Part shown: one piece after another, positions 58,022-64,000 of the stretch
How positions within the stretch are numbered: position 1 is the stretch's first letter
Layout: the number at the start of each line of letters is the position of its first letter
Position numbers and translations under genes: made by a program
The notes under the pieces: model-generated
Told to the model about the DNA's origin: nothing
What the model saw: only the letters and a program-made list of their open reading frames with translations
The model's database searches: none
From: an uncultured Candidatus Saccharibacteria bacterium
Lineage (GTDB): Bacteria > Patescibacteriota > Minisyncoccia > Portnoybacterales > UBA2143
Reading direction: 5' to 3'
Assembly: GCA_964596615.1 (NCBI GenBank)
Contig: CAZQUN010000004.1
Span: forward strand, 432-64,431
Length of the DNA: 64,000 bases

Positions 58022-60757
58022 TTAATTTATATTATCTCCACATCTTGATTCTTCAACAGGTTGGATAACCCCATCATTATTGAGGTCGCAATCTAATTGC
58101 CCATTAATGCAATCCTCCGAACAATTCTGAGAAGTTTCGGGACCTTGGCAGACGCCGTCACCACATCCGTTCTGTGGGAGAGGTTGAGGGGTCTCTCCAT
58201 CACAATCTTGTGGACAGTTAGCTGATGTCTCGGGTCCCTGGCATGTCCCGTCGCCGCATTTGCCATTGCCATTTGGTTGTGGCTGTGGTGGTTGAAATGA
58301 TTCTTCTTGACAGTCCTCTGGACAAACCAGGTGTGTTTCAGACCCAGAGCATACCCCGTCTCCACATTCAGTAATTGCAATGTCAGTCATTTCTGGAAGA
58401 TTATCAAAGATATCTCCTGATGAAACAGGCGGTTCATATCTGCCAATATAGTAATCATAAAGGTCAAATTCATAAGGCGGTGGAGCATCAGCATAAGTTA
58501 GAAATAGATAGAAGGTATTGTCTAGTAATAAAAGCGCAGGATTTGAATCATGACCACTTGTGGCAGCGCCACCACCGATATTACGTGGTTTTACCCATTG
58601 ATTATCCTCTAAAAAGGTGTAATAAATATCCCAATCACCGGCAAACTCAAGGTCAGAATACGATGATCCAGCGTTGTTTGCCCCGTTGTAGAAGATTACT
58701 TTTCCATCCGATGAAATCTCTGTATTATCTTCAAATGTACCAATTGTATTATATTTGAAGAATTTGGCTTCATCAAAGACAAACTGGCTGCCATCATAAG
58801 TGAAAACATTAAACCAAATATTTTCATCCTTTGGTTCTAAGTAGGCCTCATATTGAGGATAAGCATTTTTATGAGCTTGATTGGATGTTAGCGGCTGCTG
58901 CTGCTTCCATCCTACAGAATAAAAAATTATTCCTTTGCCTTTAGCATCATCAAAATAAACAGTTGGTCCGATTTCACCATCTGCAGTATTCACTTTTTGA
59001 CCTAAATTCAAAGGCTGACCAAAAGTACCATCTGAATTTCTAAACGAAACATATAAATCAGTTGAACCGTATGCTTGTTCCGGATAAAAACTTCCAGTAG
59101 AAGCAAGAAACATTACTTCTTTTCCGTATAATTTTGTGACAAAATTCCCCACATCTTCTGATTTTGAAGTGTCGATTTCATTGCCATTATTATCTTTAAA
59201 TATTACACGACTGGGCGCACTCCAGTTGTCTTCAATAGAATCTCTTGAGGCAGTGTATATAGATTTAGTTCCCCCCTGGTCTTCGTAACGGCTGTAGAAA
59301 TAAAGCTCTAATCCATCTCTAGAAATACCCGGAGCTTTTTGGGTCCTATCGTCAGTGTTAATATTTACATATTTTTCATCAGAGATGCTTTGAGAGTCAT
59401 TTAATTCAGGGAAAATAACAGACCCTGATGTGGGTTCTCCGGAAGTTGATTCTTCTGTTATGCCGTCATGGCCCTTTATATAATAAACTTCTCGGTTTCC
59501 ATCTTTGTCGTCTTCAAAAATAAGATGGATTATTCCTTCTCCATCAACTGCAGCGTGGGGCGAAGTCAAAAGATTCTTCTGATTTAGATTAACCAAAGTA
59601 ACTATTTCGCTCCAATTCTGGCCTTTGTCCAAGGAATAACGATAAAGAATTTTATTATTGCTGACTTCATCATTCATCCAAAAGGCATGCAGGCCTGTCT
59701 CTTGGCCATAAACAATAATCGGCTGACTTGAATTATTATCCCCTTCGCTCAATTTCATCTGGTTTCCCCAGCTCTTGCCATTATCGCTAGAATTCAAATA
59801 GTGAACCTCTAAGTCGGTTTTATACTCTTTGCCGACTAATGTTTTTGTCCCAATAAGTAATATAGTATGTAATCTCCCTTCTTCATCAATAGTAATAGTT
59901 GGCAGGCCGTTTGCCTGGCTGGTTGATTCGTTTAAGATCTTGACTGGATTAGTCCAGCTCAGACCATAATCAGCCGAGTTAATATAATAGGCATCACCAT
60001 CGCCTTCGCAGAAATAGTATGCTATATGAAGCGTCAGATTTTCATCAATGAGCAAATTTGGTCTTTCCGGCATCTGAGAATCACAGGTGACAATGGCCTT
60101 AGTTTCTTTCCATGAGTTGCCCTTATCAGATGAATGGCTGAAATATATGCTCCTAGCATCCTGTTCCTGCCAGGAAATATAGACATTATCTCCGTCAGCA
60201 GCTATATCTGCTGCCCAAGATTTACCCGAGGTGTTAGAAATTCTTACTGGCTCTTCCCAGGTCTCTCCCCCATCAGTAGAGCGAATATAATAATTTTCCT
60301 GATTTCCATCTTTATCTTCGTTCCAGGCAAGATGGACGTAATTATCTGAAACAGCTATTGAAGGCACCCATGATATCCCGGAGTTATTGGTTATTCTGAT
60401 GTCTTCTGACCAAGTATCCCCCAAATCATTTGAATATTTAAAATAGATCTCTGGATTACCGTCTCTACCATCACTAAAAGCGAGATAGATATTATTGTCT
60501 TCAATGGCTAGGTTATGGACAAAGTTAGGCCCCAGGGCTGAAACAGCACTATCTTGAGTTAACCTATTGGCTTCTGACCAGCCACCGCTTAAACCTTCTT
60601 TTTCCCGAAGAAAAAAGTACCAGATAGTTCCTGCTAAAAGAGCTAAAACTAAAGCGCTGGTTGCTAGAATTAATAATTCCCTGCCTTTCCCGCCAAAAAT
60701 ACCAGGCGCATTTATATTATTTATATTTTGTTGTATGTTTTGTTCTTCTTGGTTCAT
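58022..60757 (-). CDS. Large surface protein: TM anchor, BNR/Asp-box propeller, PD40-like propeller, three CGDGxC repeats
   Basis: Repeated SxDxGxxW Asp-boxes; WSAP, FGQPLNLG and WVKPRNIG PD40-like motifs; CGDG.C.G.ET...CP.DC repeats. Confidence 0.85.
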   Translation of the reverse strand: MNQEEQNIQQNINNINAPGIFGGKGRELLILATSALVLALLAGTIWYFFLREKEGLSGGWSEANRLTQDSAVSALGPNFVHNLAIEDNNIYLAFSDGRDGNPEIYFKYSNDLGDTWSEDIRITNNSGISWVPSIAVSDNYVHLAWNEDKDGNQENYYIRSTDGGETWEEPVRISNTSGKSWAADIAADGDNVYISWQEQDARSIYFSHSSDKGNSWKETKAIVTCDSQMPERPNLLIDENLTLHIAYYFCEGDGDAYYINSADYGLSWTNPVKILNESTSQANGLPTITIDEEGRLHTILLIGTKTLVGKEYKTDLEVHYLNSSDNGKSWGNQMKLSEGDNNSSQPIIVYGQETGLHAFWMNDEVSNNKILYRYSLDKGQNWSEIVTLVNLNQKNLLTSPHAAVDGEGIIHLIFEDDKDGNREVYYIKGHDGITEESTSGEPTSGSVIFPELNDSQSISDEKYVNINTDDRTQKAPGISRDGLELYFYSRYEDQGGTKSIYTASRDSIEDNWSAPSRVIFKDNNGNEIDTSKSEDVGNFVTKLYGKEVMFLASTGSFYPEQAYGSTDLYVSFRNSDGTFGQPLNLGQKVNTADGEIGPTVYFDDAKGKGIIFYSVGWKQQQPLTSNQAHKNAYPQYEAYLEPKDENIWFNVFTYDGSQFVFDEAKFFKYNTIGTFEDNTEISSDGKVIFYNGANNAGSSYSDLEFAGDWDIYYTFLEDNQWVKPRNIGGGAATSGHDSNPALLLLDNTFYLFLTYADAPPPYEFDLYDYYIGRYEPPVSSGDIFDNLPEMTDIAITECGDGVCSGSETHLVCPEDCQEESFQPPQPQPNGNGKCGDGTCQGPETSANCPQDCDGETPQPLPQNGCGDGVCQGPETSQNCSEDCINGQLDCDLNNDGVIQPVEESRCGDNIN
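60602..60757. repeat. Direct repeat copy 1 (shared 5' end of surface-protein genes)
   Basis: Near-identical to 62669-62827. Confidence 0.9.
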
Positions 60758-60788
60758 TTTTTTAATATTAATTATTTTAGTTTTTTTG

Positions 60789-61019
60789 TTATTTAAGATT
60801 GTATTTTCTCCTGCGATATAATTCTAAAATAGTCACTATTATTGATACACTAATCCAGGTCACAAAAAGCCAAACGGCCTTATCCATAGTCATTAACTCT
60901 TTACCCTCCTTTATATTCCACAAAACTGCGGCAAGAAAAAAACCTATACCAAACCCCAAAATGGGACCCGCTATTGAGCCTTTCTTTGTTGTCCAATTTT
61001 CTTTTAGTTTGTCAAACAT
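60789..61019 (-). CDS. Small two-TM membrane protein
   Basis: 76 aa; two hydrophobic helices. Confidence 0.65.
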   Translation of the reverse strand: MFDKLKENWTTKKGSIAGPILGFGIGFFLAAVLWNIKEGKELMTMDKAVWLFVTWISVSIIVTILELYRRRKYNLK

Positions 61020-61066
61020 ATTATTTCACTTTCTTAATTTATATTTATAATTCGGCCCCTATATTC

Positions 61067-62827
61067 TCATTGACAATCCGCTGGGCATTTAGTTGCATCT
61101 TCGGGTCCAGCACAGACTCCATCACCACATTCTCCTCCTGGAAGCTGTGGAGGCGAAGGGGCAGCTCCACTACAATCCTTTGGACAATTCTGTGAAGTTT
61201 CGGGGCCTTGGCATGTTCCGTCGCCGCATTTACCATCTGGTTGTGGAGTTGGTCCTTCTTGGTCAATAATTGCCTGACAATCACTTGGAGTACAAAATAC
61301 TACTGGTCTTTGGTCAAGAGTAATCGATGATGGATTAAGAGTATCTGTGTCGCCTGTTTCAAGAAATACCCTCTGAATATTTTGTTCTGAGAAAAAGTTT
61401 GATAAATCTAGGTCCGTATCCGTGGTTTTATCAGAAAAAGCCAAGATAAACTGATAATCGCCCGACAACATTGAATAGGCACTAATCCCCTCTTTTGCAG
61501 AAATCTCTTCCTTGACAACACTATTTCTTAAATATTTATTAACCCATTCATAATAAGGATAAGCATTGTAGTCCGTATACTCTAACGGATAATTAAAAGA
61601 GGAAACGCCTGGATTCTCTACCTCCCATTCTTCATATTCTTCCAAGACGCCTCTGTAGTTTGAGAATTTAGCAATTCCTTTACTGACAAAGTTATCTGAA
61701 AGCCATTGGAGCATATCCTGTAATCTTTGTCTATTGCCTGTGTCCTTCGCTTCCCAATCATGGACATGCGAACCCCAGCCATAAGCCCAGACTTTATCAT
61801 CTTTGCTAAGCATCCAATTTAAGTATAATTCCAAAAACATTGCTTTTTGATGGTTGATGCCGACATCCAAACCTTCTATGCCAAGGTGTTTTGTAAGGCA
61901 TTCTTCTATACCGTTGGTCCAGGTGCACATGCCGTTTTCAGTGGTATAAATGCCGTATTGTGGTATGTTCAATATTTTAGCATTAAGATCTTCGCTGGTT
62001 CTTGAAGCACCAGGCCTAAAAGGATTAAACGGAGGGTGATTAAAGTATCTTACAAGCTCCTTTTCCTCTCCTCCTTCTTTCATTAAAAAGCCTAATTCTT
62101 CGATGAGTTCGTGTTTTTCAACAGTATCTTTTGGAAGATCAGAACCGTAAGCTAACATTGCATTCATGATTCCTGATTCTCCTGTGATTCCTAACGCCCG
62201 CTCAATAAGTTGCTTGACAAAATCAATATTTTCTTCAAGAAGTTGTTTTATTTCTTCTGAAGACATACGATAAGTTTCTGCCTGAGCCCATTTATTCAAC
62301 GAGCCAAGATATTCATAATTGTGAGAATGAAATCCAATTAAACCTCCACTTTGATAAAGCTCATTTATAATAGAAAAACACTTATTGTTGTGGTTGACAT
62401 CATCAAGACATAACTCTGCCCACGGTGCTACACTTAGGAATGATATTTTTGCTCCATATTGATCTGTTAAGTCCAAGAGCCATTCAAGATCATCTAGCTG
62501 AGATTGAAATATTCGTCTGTTCATTTCAAGACTAGGAGAGCCTCCAAACGCTTCGGTAAAGAAATCTGCGTGCGAGTGTATATCAAAAACTATGTTTATT
62601 TGACGTTTAGTGAGGCTTTCTTCAGATTCCCCGCTACAACTGGCGCCATTTTGATCTTGACAAGTTTCTTCCCGAAGAAAAAAGTACCAGATAGTTCCTG
62701 CCAAAAGAGCTAAAACTAAAGCGCTGGCTGCTAGAATTAATAATTCCCTGCCTTTTCCGCCAAAGATACCAGGCGTATTTGTGTTATTTATATCCTGTTG
62801 TTGTATGTTTTGTTGTTCTTGGAACAT
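61067..62827 (-). CDS. Surface protein: TM anchor, deacetylase/glycoside hydrolase-like domain, two CGDGxC repeats
   Basis: DIHSH, GAKISF and GFHSH motifs suggest a NodB/GH57-like barrel; C-terminal Cys repeats. Confidence 0.75.
   Translation of the reverse strand: MFQEQQNIQQQDINNTNTPGIFGGKGRELLILAASALVLALLAGTIWYFFLREETCQDQNGASCSGESEESLTKRQINIVFDIHSHADFFTEAFGGSPSLEMNRRIFQSQLDDLEWLLDLTDQYGAKISFLSVAPWAELCLDDVNHNNKCFSIINELYQSGGLIGFHSHNYEYLGSLNKWAQAETYRMSSEEIKQLLEENIDFVKQLIERALGITGESGIMNAMLAYGSDLPKDTVEKHELIEELGFLMKEGGEEKELVRYFNHPPFNPFRPGASRTSEDLNAKILNIPQYGIYTTENGMCTWTNGIEECLTKHLGIEGLDVGINHQKAMFLELYLNWMLSKDDKVWAYGWGSHVHDWEAKDTGNRQRLQDMLQWLSDNFVSKGIAKFSNYRGVLEEYEEWEVENPGVSSFNYPLEYTDYNAYPYYEWVNKYLRNSVVKEEISAKEGISAYSMLSGDYQFILAFSDKTTDTDLDLSNFFSEQNIQRVFLETGDTDTLNPSSITLDQRPVVFCTPSDCQAIIDQEGPTPQPDGKCGDGTCQGPETSQNCPKDCSGAAPSPPQLPGGECGDGVCAGPEDATKCPADCQ
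62669..62827. repeat. Direct repeat copy 2
   Basis: Near-identical to 60602-60757. Confidence 0.9.
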
Positions 62828-62864
62828 GTTTTTTTATTTGTTTTGTTATTTCGTCTATATTATT

Positions 62865-63233
62865 TTACCTTTTAATAAGTTTGATGGATACAACAACGAT
62901 TATTAACGATGACAATATCCAGACCAATTTTTCTACGGTATCTAAATTCAACAAATTTAAATAAAAAACCACAAGGTCAGAAAGGATCACGGTCCCCGGT
63001 AATAATAAGGCAATTTTTTCAATCTTTTTCACAAGTATAATAATCAAGATTATTATACTAAGTGGTACCATCAGTGCCGTGTTAGTTGTTGCATAAATAA
63101 ATATAATTATCATGCCAAGTCCGCCTGATGGCTCAAAACCCATCAATCCTATTAGAGTAGAAAAAATCCAAAGCAAAGATACCACGAGCATTAAAATTGG
63201 ATACCATTTAAAAATTCTTTTTTCTTCGTTCAT
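62865..63233 (-). CDS. Four-TM membrane protein
   Basis: SD aaggagg before MNEEK; four hydrophobic segments. Confidence 0.7.
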   Translation of the reverse strand: MNEEKRIFKWYPILMLVVSLLWIFSTLIGLMGFEPSGGLGMIIIFIYATTNTALMVPLSIIILIIILVKKIEKIALLLPGTVILSDLVVFYLNLLNLDTVEKLVWILSSLIIVVVSIKLIKR

Positions 63234-63294
63234 ATTATTTTCACCTCCTTTCATTTTAATTTATATTTACTTTTAGTTTATATTCTATTATTTT

Positions 63295-64000
63295 TCATTC
63301 CTCCTCAATAAAAATAGGGTTTGGACTAAGAATTAAAGTCACTTCCCCATTATTGACATTTTTAGTCTCGGTCTCAAATGCGGTATTATAATCAGTCACC
63401 TCTTCTCCTGTTTCGTATTTTGGCACCGCCCCTGCGATTTTTACTTGTTTTGAATTTAGGTCTGAAATTGTGGCTTGTGTTTCTTGGGAATTATCATTCC
63501 AGGCAACCCAGATTAATTTACCGTCAACCGTGAATTTATATAAAAAGGTGCCATTTTCGTTCTGTTTGATTGTTTTTGTTTTATCCTTGTCAAAGCCTTC
63601 AAGTTTTTCAATTATTTTTTTTGTTGAATAATATGCAAGTTTTTTCGAGTCAAGACCATTATTAAATTCTGGACTATAAACCAACCCATCATATAATCTA
63701 TATTCTTGCTCCCATTTTCTTGGCATATCTTTCTGCATTATCTGGCCATTATTGTGTATTTGGTCATAGCCAAGAGCTGATCCTACAATATATTTTTTGA
63801 TTAGATCGATTGCTTGTTCTTTTTCTGTTGCGCTAAACCCTTCTCCTCCACAAGTTTTTATTTCTGTAAACCAGCCCACATCATTATATCCAAACTTATT
63901 CAAAACATTTTTGAAATAATTCGTCCATTCAATCATATCAAGATACCTGTCTTTTTTTCCAGATGAGGATGGATCACCAGCACCTAAAAAATGTGGATCG
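63295..64000 (-). CDS. C-terminal part of a clan GH-A-like glycoside hydrolase (truncated by window end)
   Basis: Frame stays open to the window end (DPHFLG...); WFTE nucleophile-like motif; GL......K.AYY; C-terminal IWVAWND...L..NPIFIE beta-sandwich. Confidence 0.65.
   Translation of the reverse strand, partial: DPHFLGAGDPSSSGKKDRYLDMIEWTNYFKNVLNKFGYNDVGWFTEIKTCGGEGFSATEKEQAIDLIKKYIVGSALGYDQIHNNGQIMQKDMPRKWEQEYRLYDGLVYSPEFNNGLDSKKLAYYSTKKIIEKLEGFDKDKTKTIKQNENGTFLYKFTVDGKLIWVAWNDNSQETQATISDLNSKQVKIAGAVPKYETGEEVTDYNTAFETETKNVNNGEVTLILSPNPIFIEEE

Noticed and set aside
60602-62827. The 155-bp repeat as a DGR template/variable repeat
   Set aside because: It lies at gene 5' ends, the differences are not adenine-specific, and it is 30 kb from the RT.
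767-62964. Many short antisense or alternate-frame ORFs in the provided track (e.g. 3031-3369, 10154-10468, 21707-22111, 49421-49780, 58093-58380, 61045-61284)
   Set aside because: They are shadows of well-supported genes, with no start signals or motifs.
1-64000. Alternative genetic code (TGA recoded, as in Gracilibacteria/SR1)
   Set aside because: Conserved genes are full length under code 11 and several end in TGA (e.g. ftsI, murG).

Overview
This window looks like core chromosome from a Patescibacteria/CPR (Parcubacteria-like) bacterium. That assignment is inferred from gene content and style: AT-rich DNA, TGA used as stop, a split dcw cluster, a short aspS, and PsbP-like and CGDGxC-repeat surface proteins. 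Housekeeping genes include mltG, rplJ-rplL, mraZ-rsmH-ftsL-ftsI-murF, lgt, rmuC, rplU, recR, dnaB, cysS, corA, grpE-hsp20-dnaK-dnaJ, aspS, mraY-ftsW-murG, gltX, a Xer recombinase, rpmA, rplI, ctpA, rpoD and dnaG, plus three tRNAs (Val-CAC, Glu-CTC, Lys-TTT). The standout is a minus-strand module right after tRNA-Lys (28925-31758). It has a promoter, a ~340-nt GC-rich structured non-coding RNA, a retron-like YADD reverse transcriptase, and an overlapping second DnaB paralog. That paralog has lost its catalytic Glu, Walker-B Asp, DNA-binding RESG motif and arginine finger. This looks like a retron-like system with a pseudo-helicase partner, an architecture I do not recognise from described retron types. 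Other points are a cluster of secreted proteins with shared ends and swapped central domains (57.4-64 kb), a possible dif/terminus near 45.3 kb, a structured dnaB leader, DnaA-box-like repeats before mraZ, and a split between SD-led accessory genes and apparently leaderless core genes. All calls are from motif reading by eye; no database searches were run.
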